DNA of 64,000 nt, from contig JAJRQU010000019.1 of the NCBI GenBank assembly GCA_024280095.1, forward strand, positions 508 through 64,507. The letters run 5' to 3'. This document shows positions 39,529 through 52,281 of the stretch, piece by piece. The notes below the pieces were generated by a model, which saw only the letters and a program-made list of their open reading frames with translations, was not told the origin of the DNA and ran no database searches. Source of the stretch: Alphaproteobacteria bacterium. Its GTDB lineage: Bacteria > Pseudomonadota > Alphaproteobacteria > Sphingomonadales > Emcibacteraceae. The position numbers and the translations under genes are program-made. The first letter of the stretch is position 1. The number at the start of each line of letters is the position of its first letter.

Positions 39529-40308
39529 ATGAGTAATGTCAGAACAGAAAATAATAATGGTGTTGGTATCATTACCCTATGCCGGTCGGGCAGCATGAAT
39601 GCCCTGAATGATCCTTTTATCCGGGAGATATTAACCGCCTTTTATTTGATGCAAAGAGACGAGGTTCGCGTTGTCATCCTGCGCGCAGAAAAAGGGGCCA
39701 AGGTCTGGTCTGCGGGCAGAGACGTGGAAAGCCTGCCTGCCGGGGCTCATGACATGGCCGGCTGGCAGACGCAGATGGTTGCCTTGGGCCGGACTATTCG
39801 GGAATTCCCAACCCCTGTCATCGCCATGATAGAAGGCAGTGTCTGGGGCTATAGTTGCGAGGTGGCCTTCTCTTGTGACCTGATTGTGTCCGTACCAGAG
39901 GCCACATTCGCCATTACGCCAGCCAAATTGAGCGGAACCTATGTGATAGAAGGTTTGCGGACAATTGTGGGTCGCCTTGGCCCGAATCTGGCCAAAGAAA
40001 TGCTTTTTTGCGCCAAAAAGGTGGAAGCCTCCAGACTTCATAATCTGGGCGTCATCAATCATATTGTTTCTCCTGATGAAATTGAGGGCTATGTTGAGAG
40101 TATGGCGCGTAATATATCGCGTTTAGCACCCTTGACGATTGCGGCGTTAAAGAAGCAGATTTCTGATATTGTCAGGACATTGCCGTTGCCGGCGGAAATT
40201 CTTGCGGAAAATGACATATCTGCGGCGAATATATTTGGCTCAGATGATTATCAGGAAGGCTTGGCGGCTTTCAGAGAAAAAAGAAAACCTGATTTTACAG
40301 GCCGGTAA
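39529..40308 (+). CDS. Methylmalonyl-CoA decarboxylase-like crotonase (ScpB-like)
   Basis: RVVILRAEKGAKVWSAGRD, PVIAMIEGSVWG, SDDYQEGLAAFREKRKP resemble ScpB. Confidence 0.75.
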   Translation: MSNVRTENNNGVGIITLCRSGSMNALNDPFIREILTAFYLMQRDEVRVVILRAEKGAKVWSAGRDVESLPAGAHDMAGWQTQMVALGRTIREFPTPVIAMIEGSVWGYSCEVAFSCDLIVSVPEATFAITPAKLSGTYVIEGLRTIVGRLGPNLAKEMLFCAKKVEASRLHNLGVINHIVSPDEIEGYVESMARNISRLAPLTIAALKKQISDIVRTLPLPAEILAENDISAANIFGSDDYQEGLAAFREKRKPDFTGR

Positions 40309-40384
40309 TGAGTTATGAAGCGTAAGATCTGATGATATTATGCTATTCTATATTGACGGTTTTTTGATTTAGCGAGAAGGAATA

Positions 40385-41248
40385 GTGGTTCTTATGGAAT
40401 CTTTTTCATGTTTTGATGTTGATGTCACGGACGGTGTTGCCCATATTATACTGAAAAGAGGTGATGCGTTTAATACCATGATTCCGGCTTTCTGGCAGGA
40501 ATTGCCAAAGATCGTGCGCACGCTTGAGGCTGAGGCCAAAGCCCGCGTTATTGTCATTTCTTCTACGGGCCGGCATTTTACCGCCGGGATGGATCTTGGG
40601 GTTTTTAATTCAAGCGATGGCTTGATGGCGCCTGATGGGCCTGATGGCCAGACCATAGGTCAAAGGCGCGAGGGTCTCCGGCGCCTTGTTCTGGAATTGC
40701 AAAAAACATTTAATGTTCTTGATGATGTGCGCATGCCGGTTCTGGTTGCGGTGCAGGGCGGCTGCCTTGGGGGCGGGATTGACCTGATATCGGCTACAGA
40801 CATGCGTTATTGCACAAGTGATGCATTTTTCTGTATTCAGGAAATAAATCTGGGGATGACCGCAGATGTGGGTACTTTTCCGCGGCTTTGTCATTTAATT
40901 CCTCAAGGCTGGGTGCGCGAGATGGCCTATACCGGCCTGCGGCTGACCGCAGATAAAGCCAAGGAAATAGGTCTGGTGAATGAGGTTTATGAAACGCAGG
41001 AGGAAATGGTCAATGCCGTTCTGGCCAAGGCCCGTGAAATTGCAAGCAAGGCCCCTTTAGCGGTTGCAGGCTCCAAGGTTATGCTCAATTATGCCCGGGA
41101 TCACAGCATTCAGGATGGCCTGGATTATATAGCCACATGGCAGGCCGGCATGTTTCAGCCCGCCGATATAATGGAAGGCATGGCCGCCTTGCAGGAAAAG
41201 CGGGCGTCGGTTTACCATGACTTGCAAGCCATCAAGAAGGCGCCTTGA
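40385..41248 (+). CDS. Crotonase/enoyl-CoA hydratase (dienoyl-CoA isomerase-like)
   Basis: HFTAGMDL, GGCLGGGIDL, IQEINLGMTADVGT. Confidence 0.9.
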   Translation: MVLMESFSCFDVDVTDGVAHIILKRGDAFNTMIPAFWQELPKIVRTLEAEAKARVIVISSTGRHFTAGMDLGVFNSSDGLMAPDGPDGQTIGQRREGLRRLVLELQKTFNVLDDVRMPVLVAVQGGCLGGGIDLISATDMRYCTSDAFFCIQEINLGMTADVGTFPRLCHLIPQGWVREMAYTGLRLTADKAKEIGLVNEVYETQEEMVNAVLAKAREIASKAPLAVAGSKVMLNYARDHSIQDGLDYIATWQAGMFQPADIMEGMAALQEKRASVYHDLQAIKKAP

Positions 41249-41261
41249 CCATAGTAAATCT

Positions 41262-41885
41262 TTAATCATCGGGGTTGCGGCGCTGCATCATCGGGGCCAG
41301 CATATTCACAAATTCTTCAATGATCGTGTCAAGCTCTCCGGGGTCTTTAAGAAAGGCGTCATGGGTAATCAGGCCGCGATAGAAAACCCGCGCCACCTGC
41401 CAAACGCGCTCAAACCGGCTGTCGTCTCCGTCAGATAAGATGTAATTCTGTAAAATGGATCGTTGCATTCGGTCGTTCCAAAGGATCAGGTCGGGTTTTA
41501 TTCTTTCTTTAAGCTTCTCATCCGTTCTATAGGCAACGAGAATTTCCAGAAGCGCGCGGCCCTGCGGCGTATTAACAACATGTTGCCAAAGCCTGATGAG
41601 GTCACTCTTGATAATTGATAATTCATAGTCTTCCGGGGTTTGGCCTTTATTGGGCGGCGGTTCCTTTGGCGGGTTAACAGTTGGTCGCAAAATCCTGTTG
41701 GTTGTCTCAACGATCAAATCTTCTTTTGTGGCGAAGTGATGGGTCAGCGCGCCGCGTGAAACACCGGCTTCCTGCGTGATGCGGTTGGTACTTGTTTTTG
41801 CATAGCCATATTTATCCAAACAGCGGACGGTGGCCTCGTAAATAATTCTTTTGGCTTTTGCGCCTTGTTTTTCACGCTCTGTCAC
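41262..41885 (-). CDS. TetR/AcrR family regulator (AtuR-like position)
   Basis: GYAKTSTNRITQEAGVSRGALTHHFATKEDL HTH; start set at GTG 41885; divergent from atuA. Confidence 0.9.
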   Translation of the reverse strand: MTEREKQGAKAKRIIYEATVRCLDKYGYAKTSTNRITQEAGVSRGALTHHFATKEDLIVETTNRILRPTVNPPKEPPPNKGQTPEDYELSIIKSDLIRLWQHVVNTPQGRALLEILVAYRTDEKLKERIKPDLILWNDRMQRSILQNYILSDGDDSRFERVWQVARVFYRGLITHDAFLKDPGELDTIIEEFVNMLAPMMQRRNPDD

Positions 41886-41965
41886 ATCGCACCCCCGGCT
41901 GTTGTCAAGAGAAAACCTCCTGCCTCTGTTACGTTTGCCATACATGAACCTTTCATACAATTTAG

Positions 41966-42013
41966 TTGACATATGACCATATGTCGTGCAATAACAAACA
42001 GAACGTTCTGTTT
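41966..42013. promoter_or_regulatory. Promoter/operator region: TTGACA plus two palindromes
   Basis: TTGACA at 41966; GACATATG-AC-CATATGTC (41968-41985); perfect palindrome AAACAGAACGTTCTGTTT (41996-42013). Confidence 0.7.
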
Positions 42014-42071
42014 TTATTTACTTTACTATGCCTTGACCATAAGGGCAATAGTTCATCATACACGAGGTATT

Positions 42072-43886
42072 ATGCGCGACAAGAAAATTGTAAGAATTGG
42101 CGGTGCCAGCGGCTATTGGGGTGAATCGGATATGGCGGTGCCGCAGTTTTTGGCGGCGGGCGGCCTCGATTATATTGTTTTCGATTATCTGGCGGAAATT
42201 ACCATGTCCATTATGGCGCGCGCGCGGTCGGCTGATCCTGAAAAGGGCTATGCGCTGGATTTCGTTTCCTCTGTATTAAAGAAAAACCTAACCGAGATTG
42301 CGGCTCAGAATGTGAAAATCATTTCGAATGCCGGCGGGGTTAACCCCGAAGCTTGTGCCAGGGCGATCCGGCATCTGATCCGCGATCTCGGGCTTGATTT
42401 GCGTGTTGCCGTGGTGACGGGCGATGATATTCTGGATTCATTTCGGGATGGGGCCTATGGCTCGATCCGGGAAATGTTTTCCGGGGAAACTTTGCCCGAC
42501 GTTGAAAAAATGATGAGCGCCAATGCGTATCTTGGGGCATTTCCCATTGCGGCGGCCCTTGACAAGGGCGCGGATATTATTGTGACGGGGCGCTGTGTCG
42601 ATAGCGCCGTTACGCTTGGGGCCTGCATTCATGAATTTGGCTGGACAAGGGATGATATTGATAAGCTTTCCGGCGGTTCTCTGGCGGGTCATGTGATCGA
42701 ATGTGGCCCTCAGGCGACCGGCGGTAATTTTACCGATTGGCGGGAGGTGGCCGATAATATTGTGGATATTGGCTATCCCATTGCTGAAATAGCCTCTGAC
42801 GGCTCTTTCATATGTACAAAGCCGCAGGACACCGGCGGTATTGTCACGGTCGGCACAGTATCTGAGCAGATTGTGTATGAAATCGGGGATCCCAGAGCCT
42901 ATATTCTGCCGGATGTGGTTTGTGACTTTTCGGATGTGACGGTAACGCAGGCGGGGGAAAATAGCGTTATGGTCTCCGGCGCAACCGGCTGTGCCGCGCC
43001 GGATAGCTATAAAGCGACGATTACCTATCTGGATGGTTTTCGCGGGCAGATGCCATTAAGTTTCACAGGTTTCGAGGCGGATGAAAAAATCAAAGTGTTT
43101 ACGGATGCGGCGCTGTCCCGGGCGCGTAAAAAGCTTGTTGAACTGGCGATGCCGGATTACGAAGAAGTAAGCCTTGAGGTTCTGGGCACGGAGAGCCAAT
43201 ATGGTGCCATGTCAAAAGTCTCCAAGGGCGCACGAGAGGTCGTGGGGAAATTTTCCTTCAAACATGTTGATAAAAAAGCGATTGTTATCCTGTTTAAGGA
43301 GATTACGGGTCTGGCGCTGGCCTCCCCTGCCGGACTTTCCGGGCTGGGCGGCGGGCGGCCAAAACCATCCCCTGTTGTGCGCCTGTTTTCCTGTTTGATC
43401 CCAAAGGAAGATATCGCCATATCCGTAGATGTGGCCGGAGATATGAACAGTGAGGCTTTTACGCTCGAAACGGTTGGGGGAACGCCCGTTTGCCAAAGGT
43501 CACAGAACCAGCCTATTATGCCGCCTTGTGATCTTGCTGATGATAGGATCAGCGTGCCATTGATCAAGCTTGCCTGGGGCCGCAGCGGAGACAAGGGCAA
43601 CAAGGCCAACATCGGTATTATCGCCCGCGAGGCAGAATATCTGCCCTATATCGCCATGGCCCTGACAGAGCAGGTTGTGGCCGCACGTTTTGATCATTTT
43701 CTTGAGGGCAGTGTTGAGCGATTTTTGATGCCGGGCTTTAATGCAATCAATTATCTTTTGCATGATGCCTTGGGCGGCGGGGGTATCGCCAGTCTTCGTA
43801 ACGATCCGCAGGGAAAATGTTTTGCCCAAATACTTCTGGACCATCCTATTCCGGTTCCTGTTGAACTGGCAGAAAGGCTTGTATGA
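42072..43886 (+). CDS. atuA: Acyclic terpene utilization protein AtuA
   Basis: RIGGASGYWGE, DYLAEITMSI, SANAYLGA, GHVIECG, RSGDKGN, LRNDPQGK. Confidence 0.92.
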   Translation: MRDKKIVRIGGASGYWGESDMAVPQFLAAGGLDYIVFDYLAEITMSIMARARSADPEKGYALDFVSSVLKKNLTEIAAQNVKIISNAGGVNPEACARAIRHLIRDLGLDLRVAVVTGDDILDSFRDGAYGSIREMFSGETLPDVEKMMSANAYLGAFPIAAALDKGADIIVTGRCVDSAVTLGACIHEFGWTRDDIDKLSGGSLAGHVIECGPQATGGNFTDWREVADNIVDIGYPIAEIASDGSFICTKPQDTGGIVTVGTVSEQIVYEIGDPRAYILPDVVCDFSDVTVTQAGENSVMVSGATGCAAPDSYKATITYLDGFRGQMPLSFTGFEADEKIKVFTDAALSRARKKLVELAMPDYEEVSLEVLGTESQYGAMSKVSKGAREVVGKFSFKHVDKKAIVILFKEITGLALASPAGLSGLGGGRPKPSPVVRLFSCLIPKEDIAISVDVAGDMNSEAFTLETVGGTPVCQRSQNQPIMPPCDLADDRISVPLIKLAWGRSGDKGNKANIGIIAREAEYLPYIAMALTEQVVAARFDHFLEGSVERFLMPGFNAINYLLHDALGGGGIASLRNDPQGKCFAQILLDHPIPVPVELAERLV

Positions 43887-45514
43887 CCATGTATACATCC
43901 AAAATTTCCAATACATCCGAGACGTTCCATCAGAATAAGAAGGATATGACCGACCTTGTCGCGCGTCTGCGGGACTATGAGGCACGGGCCGAAGCCCTTT
44001 CTGAGAAACGCCGGCCCCGGTTTGAAAAACGGGGTCAATTAACCCCGAGAGAACGTCTCAAGAGGTTGCTTGATCCGGGCATGCCTTTTGTCGAGCTGTA
44101 TAATATGGCGAATTTTCTGGTTGATGACCCGGATATGGAAACAAGTATTCCCGGCGCCAGCGCCATTGCGGGCATTGGTTTTATTAGCGGGGTACGCTGC
44201 CTGATCATTGTTGATGACAGCGGTATCAATGCCGGTGCCATAACAACCGGCACCATTCAGAAAATGCTTGGCATCCTGAAAATTGCGCTGGAACAGAAGC
44301 TCCCGCTTATTCATTTGGTGGAGAGTGCCGGGGCCAATCTGATGCAATATACGGTTGAACTCTGGGCCCACGGCGGCGGTATGTTTCATGGCCGCGCAAA
44401 ATTATCGGCGGCGGGCATTCCGACAATCGTCGTTCTGCACGGCCCTTCCACGGCGGGCGGCGCTTATCAGCCGGGGATGAGCGACTATGTTATCGGGGTG
44501 AAGAAAAATGGCATGGCCGCCTTGGCCGGGGCGGCTTTGACGCAGGCAGCAACAGGGGAAATCGCGGACGAACGGGAACTTGGCGGCACGGAAATGCATG
44601 CCTCTGTGACAGGGCTTGTCGAATATCTGGCAGAAGATGACGCGCATGGTATTCTGATCTGCCGTGATCTGGTTGATCGTCTTGACTGGAATAAAAATTC
44701 AGCACCCTTACCCTCGCAAGATGTACAGCCCCCAAGGTTTGATCCTGAGGAATTGGCGGGTGTCGTGCCGGTGGATTATAAAACCGCCTATGATGCCCGC
44801 GAGGTAATGGCGCGTATTGTTGATGGGTCTGATTTCGTTGAATTCAAGCCCCGGTTCGGCCCCGCAACGGTTTGCATACAGGCCAGAATTATGGGTCATG
44901 CTGTCGGCATTATCGGCAACAATGGCCCGCTTGACCCCAATGGGGCTGCCAAGGCAACGCATTTCTTTCAATTATGTGACCAGTCCGATATGCCGATAAT
45001 TTTTCTGAATAACATCACCGGTTATATGGTGGGGACAGAATATGAACAGGTGGGCATGATCAAATTGGGGGCCAAGATGATTCAGGCCGTTTCCAATGTT
45101 CGCGTTCCGAAAATATCGCTTTATATCGGGGCAAGTTTTGGTGCGGGAAATTATGGCATGTGTGGCTATGCGTACGAACCCGCCTTTCTGTTCGCTTGGC
45201 CCAATGCTACCACTGGGGTTATGGGCGGCGAACAGGCGGCAACGACCATGGATGTCGTCATGCGCGCCGGTGCCAAACGCCGGGGGGAGGAAATAGATCA
45301 GAAAATGGAAGAAAAAATGGCGGCCCAGAAACAGGCGATCATAGATCATTTCGCCCCGCAGTCAGATGCTTTTTATACTTCTGGCCGTATGCTGGATCAA
45401 GGCATAATAGACCCGCGCGATACTCGCAAGATTCTGGGCTTTGCTCTTGATACATGCCGGGAAGGCCGCAGCCGGACACTCCAGCCCAACAGTTTTGGTG
45501 TGGCGCGAATTTAG
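43883..45514 (+). CDS. atuC: Acyl-CoA carboxylase carboxyltransferase subunit (geranyl-CoA carboxylase beta)
   Basis: VESAGANL, STAGGAYQPG, GASFGAGNYGMCG, GVMGGEQAA, NSFGVARI; follows atuA. Confidence 0.85.
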   Translation: MTMYTSKISNTSETFHQNKKDMTDLVARLRDYEARAEALSEKRRPRFEKRGQLTPRERLKRLLDPGMPFVELYNMANFLVDDPDMETSIPGASAIAGIGFISGVRCLIIVDDSGINAGAITTGTIQKMLGILKIALEQKLPLIHLVESAGANLMQYTVELWAHGGGMFHGRAKLSAAGIPTIVVLHGPSTAGGAYQPGMSDYVIGVKKNGMAALAGAALTQAATGEIADERELGGTEMHASVTGLVEYLAEDDAHGILICRDLVDRLDWNKNSAPLPSQDVQPPRFDPEELAGVVPVDYKTAYDAREVMARIVDGSDFVEFKPRFGPATVCIQARIMGHAVGIIGNNGPLDPNGAAKATHFFQLCDQSDMPIIFLNNITGYMVGTEYEQVGMIKLGAKMIQAVSNVRVPKISLYIGASFGAGNYGMCGYAYEPAFLFAWPNATTGVMGGEQAATTMDVVMRAGAKRRGEEIDQKMEEKMAAQKQAIIDHFAPQSDAFYTSGRMLDQGIIDPRDTRKILGFALDTCREGRSRTLQPNSFGVARI

Positions 45515-45524
45515 GGAAGATGAA

Positions 45525-46376
45525 ATGAGTGACTTTTTAAATTATAAAACTCTGGAGCTTGAGACTGGCCCTGAGACTGGCCCTGAGTCTGGTCATGATT
45601 GGCTGACCATTTGGTTTAACCGTCCAAAAGTGCGCAATGCCCTTTCCGCAGAGATGATAACAGAATTGCTTCATCTGTTCTCTGCGCTTAAAGACAGGCC
45701 GGATATACGGGGCGTAACCCTGCGCGGGCGCGGCGGCATTTTTTGCGCGGGCGGCGATATTAAAGAGTTTAAATCCCTTCTTCAGGGGGAGGCAAAAACC
45801 AGTGAAGATGTGGCCCGCGCAAGTCGCCGGAACGGCGAATTATTTAATATGATAAATGAGACGCCTCAGGTCGTTATAATACTGGTTGAGGGCGCGGCAA
45901 TGGCGGGCGGTATGGGCATCGTTTGCTGCGGTGATGTGGTTGTTGTCACAGAGGACGCAAAATTCGCCTTGACCGAAACGTCGATTGGCATACCGCCGGC
46001 ACAGATTGCCCCCTTTGTTGCGGCGCGCCTTGGTTCGCATATGGCTCGCCGCCTTATGCTTACGGCGGGGCGTTTTGACGGGGCGGAGGCAGAGAAAATT
46101 GGTTTGGCTGATTATGTTGCAAAAGATGTTGACCATATGAACGGGATTGAAATAGACATAAAGAAGCGGGTCAGGAAATGTGCGGCAGGGGCGAACGCCG
46201 TGACGAAAAACATTATTCTTGCAACCCGCTATGCGGGAAGGACAGAAATGATAGATATTGCCGGCGCGGGATTTGCCAAATGCATGTTGTCAGACGAAGG
46301 CCGCGAAGGCGTGACGTCATTCCTTGAAAAACGCAAACCTTATTGGGCCGTTAGCCCCATAGAAAAAGAGGCGTGA
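45525..46376 (+). CDS. atuE: Isohexenylglutaconyl-CoA hydratase-like enoyl-CoA hydratase
   Basis: NRPKVRNAL, FCAGGDIK, ETSIGIPPAQIAPFV, EGVTSFLEKRKP. Confidence 0.8.
   Translation: MSDFLNYKTLELETGPETGPESGHDWLTIWFNRPKVRNALSAEMITELLHLFSALKDRPDIRGVTLRGRGGIFCAGGDIKEFKSLLQGEAKTSEDVARASRRNGELFNMINETPQVVIILVEGAAMAGGMGIVCCGDVVVVTEDAKFALTETSIGIPPAQIAPFVAARLGSHMARRLMLTAGRFDGAEAEKIGLADYVAKDVDHMNGIEIDIKKRVRKCAAGANAVTKNIILATRYAGRTEMIDIAGAGFAKCMLSDEGREGVTSFLEKRKPYWAVSPIEKEA
45560..45595. repeat. 12-bp in-frame tandem repeat (TGAGACTGGCCC x2 plus a degenerate third copy)
   Basis: Encodes ETGP-ETGP-ESG near the N-terminus of the hydratase. Confidence 0.8.
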
Positions 46377-48399
46377 TTGTGGCTAAATTTAAGAAAATTC
46401 TGATTGCTAATCGCGGTGAAATTGCGCTGCGTATTATGAAAACGGCGAAGGCGCTGGGCTATGGTACCGTGGCGGTTTATTCCGACGTTGACGCCAACGC
46501 CCCGCATGTCTTATTTGCGGATGATGCCGTATGTATTGGGGCGGCTCCGGTAAATGAAAGCTATCTTGTCGGGGAAAAAATTATCGCTGCCGCTAAAGCA
46601 AGCGGTGCCGGTGCCATTCATCCCGGATATGGATTTCTGTCTGAAAATGCCGACTTTTCCAGGGCCTGTGATGAGGCGGGTCTCGTGTTCATTGGCCCCT
46701 CGGCTGAATCAATTGAATTGATGGGGAATAAAGCAGCGGCAAAACGCCGGATGAGAGAGGCGAACGTCCCTTGCATTCCGGGTTATGAAGATGATGATCA
46801 GTCGGAAGAGACGTTGATTAAGGCGGCAAAAGAGATCGGTTTTCCGATCATGGTCAAGGCGGTGGCCGGCGGCGGCGGGCGGGGTATGCGGTTGGTTTTT
46901 GAGCCTGATAATCTGCCAAATGCCATTAAATCTGCAAGGTCCGAAGCACTGAATGCGTTTGGCTTTGGCGAGATGATCCTTGAAAAGGCCATTATAGAGC
47001 CGCGCCATGTGGAGGTGCAGATATTTGCCGATACCCACGGCAATACGGTTCATTTTGCCGAACGGGATTGCTCAGTCCAGCGCCGTCATCAAAAAGTCGT
47101 TGAAGAAGCCCCCTGTCCCATTATGACAGAGGAATTGCGGGCAGAGATGGGGGCGGCGGCCGTTGAGGCGGCAAAAAGTATTTCATATCGCGGCGCTGGA
47201 ACTATCGAGTTTCTTCTGGATAAAACCGGCGCATTTTATTTTCTGGAAATGAACACCCGCCTTCAGGTGGAGCATCCGGTCACAGAGATGATCACCGGGC
47301 TGGATCTTGTGGCCTTGCAGATCAAAGTTGCGCAGGGGGAGACATTGGGCCTGTCTCAGGAGGACGTAAAGCTTAACGGTCATGCCATGGAAGTGCGCTT
47401 ATATGCAGAAGATCCGGCGCAGGATTTTCTGCCTGTCACGGGTCATATAGATGTATGGCAGCCTGCCGAGGGCGAAGGGGTGCGCATTGATTCAGGCATT
47501 GTATCAGGGCAGGATATTTCGCCTTTTTATGATCCTATGATCGCCAAAGTCATCACATGGGGACAGACCCGTGATGTTGCGGTGAGCCGCCTTATTGAGG
47601 CCCTTAAAAATACCCGCCTGTTTGGCACCAAGACCAATAAAAGTTTTTTGATTGATGTGCTCTCCAATGACAAATTTCAGAAAGGTCTTGCCACAACGGC
47701 CTTCATCGCCGAAGAATTTGGCGAAGGCGGGGTGCCGGATGTGCCGCTGTCCATAAATGAGGCGGCGATGGCGACTGTGCTTCAGTATGAAACTTCGCGT
47801 AACCGTCACCGCGACCAAAGCCTTGGGGTCAATCCGGAATTGATGAACTGGCATTCCGGCGGACAAATGGAAACAGCCTTTAAATATTGTCTGGATAATG
47901 GCGACCTGGATTTGGTTCTTTCCACATCAGAATTGAATGAATATGATGTGGTTTGTAAGGATCAGAAGATTCATATCAGCGTCATTGATTTTTCTGACGG
48001 GCAGGCCAAGCTTTCTGTCAATGGGCGGCGTCATAATGCCGGGTTTTTTGTGCCGCAAGAGGGCAGAATCTATCTGGAAATAGAGGGCAGAACCCACAGC
48101 CTGCGTAATGAAAATGCTTTTGCCAGTTCCGGTGATGAGGCGGGCGGCGGCGGAAGAGTGACGGCGCCTATGCACGGCGTCTTGCTCGAAACTTTTGTAA
48201 AAGCGGGCGACGTGGTATCCAAAGGCGATCGTTTGGCCGTGCTTGAGGCCATGAAAATGCAACATGAAATTTGCGCAGAAGTGGACGGTGTTGTCAATGA
48301 GGTTCAAATTGCCGGCGGGGTTCAAATTGCCGCAGATGACCTGATCATGGAAATTGATGTGACGGAAGATGCGCCTGTTCAGGAAAAAGGCAACGCTTG

Positions 48400-48400
<1 letters not shown>
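46373..48400 (+). CDS. atuF: Biotin carboxylase/biotin carrier subunit (geranyl-CoA carboxylase alpha)
   Basis: KILIANRGEIA, HPGYGFLSEN, GGGGRGM, EMNTRLQVEH, biotinylation site EAMKM. Confidence 0.88.
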
Positions 48401-51262
<2,862 letters not shown>

Positions 51263-51315
51263 TCTGGCGCCTTGCGGCCGTTATTTAATTAGGTCTGACA
51301 TTGCTCTAGAGGCGT

Positions 51316-52281
51316 TCATCTGGACAAACTCAGATATGTGCCTTCATTCTCACGCGCGACGGCACTCATAAGTACAGAGAAGGTATAGGCGCCGCCGTCG
51401 ACTGTGCCGTAGTTGTTTGATGTGGTTGCAAATCCGATACCGTGGATGCGGGCAAGTTTTTTACCTGTTGCACCGGTTCTGTTCAGCGCGCTAATAGCCG
51501 CCGCCGTATCATCATAGCGCCGGCTGGAAAAATCGTCGCCAAAAACGTAGATAGCGAGTTTCCTGCCCGGCTTGCCATAGGCCCGCAAAGCTTCGGCAAT
51601 GCCTTCATAGGGGTTGCTGTTTGAGCTTGGAGACCATCTGTTTGTTTGAATAAGGGCAAGGCTTCGCTCACCTTTCGTATCGTTGATCCAGCCGCCTTTT
51701 TTCTTCAAATAGAAGCCATTGTCATTAAGAATCTGAAAGCCCCTTACTTTTGGGTGCATTGTCAGGACATTATCGATCACGCTTTTCACGCGGCCCCATT
51801 TATCGCGCATACTTCCCGAGGTATCGATGACAAAGATCACATAATCACTATCTACGGCTATGCCCCCGACTTCTTCGGTGGGCTCAGGGTCCGGTGTTGT
51901 TTCCTGAAGCTGCGCCAATTTCTCAATCATTTTTTTCTTTTGTTCGATGGCCGCGCGGCTTTGGGCAAGTTGTGAAGATTTAAATTCCTCATTTCTTGTG
52001 CTTTGCTGGATATCGTCAATTTGATCGGCAAGGGCATTATTTCGATTCTTGTTGCCCTCCAAATTTAGTTTTTCCTGTTCATTAAGTTCCGCAATTTGAA
52101 TATTCTCGGCTTCGGAGCTGTAAATCTGGCGCAGCAGATCCATGCTTTCACTCGCGCCGCCTTCTGTTGCCATTTCTGGCCGGGAAATAATCAGCAACAG
52201 GACAACAGCCCCAAAGGCACAGGATATAATATCCAGAAAAGCCAAACTGAAAATATCGGTTTCGCGATTTCTAACCTTCAT
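51316..52281 (-). CDS. ExbD-like TM helix + coiled coil + vWA domain protein B
   Basis: N-terminal SLAFLDIISCAFGAVVLLLII, coiled coil, MIDAS FVIDTSGSM; ATG 52281 overlaps the upstream stop (ATGA). Confidence 0.85.
   Translation of the reverse strand: MKVRNRETDIFSLAFLDIISCAFGAVVLLLIISRPEMATEGGASESMDLLRQIYSSEAENIQIAELNEQEKLNLEGNKNRNNALADQIDDIQQSTRNEEFKSSQLAQSRAAIEQKKKMIEKLAQLQETTPDPEPTEEVGGIAVDSDYVIFVIDTSGSMRDKWGRVKSVIDNVLTMHPKVRGFQILNDNGFYLKKKGGWINDTKGERSLALIQTNRWSPSSNSNPYEGIAEALRAYGKPGRKLAIYVFGDDFSSRRYDDTAAAISALNRTGATGKKLARIHGIGFATTSNNYGTVDGGAYTFSVLMSAVARENEGTYLSLSR

Noticed and set aside
41886-42071. N-terminal extensions of the TetR and AtuA ORFs given by the ORF track
   Set aside because: The extensions cover the promoter and palindromes. 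Downstream starts (41885, 42072) have RBS-like sequences and match family N-termini.
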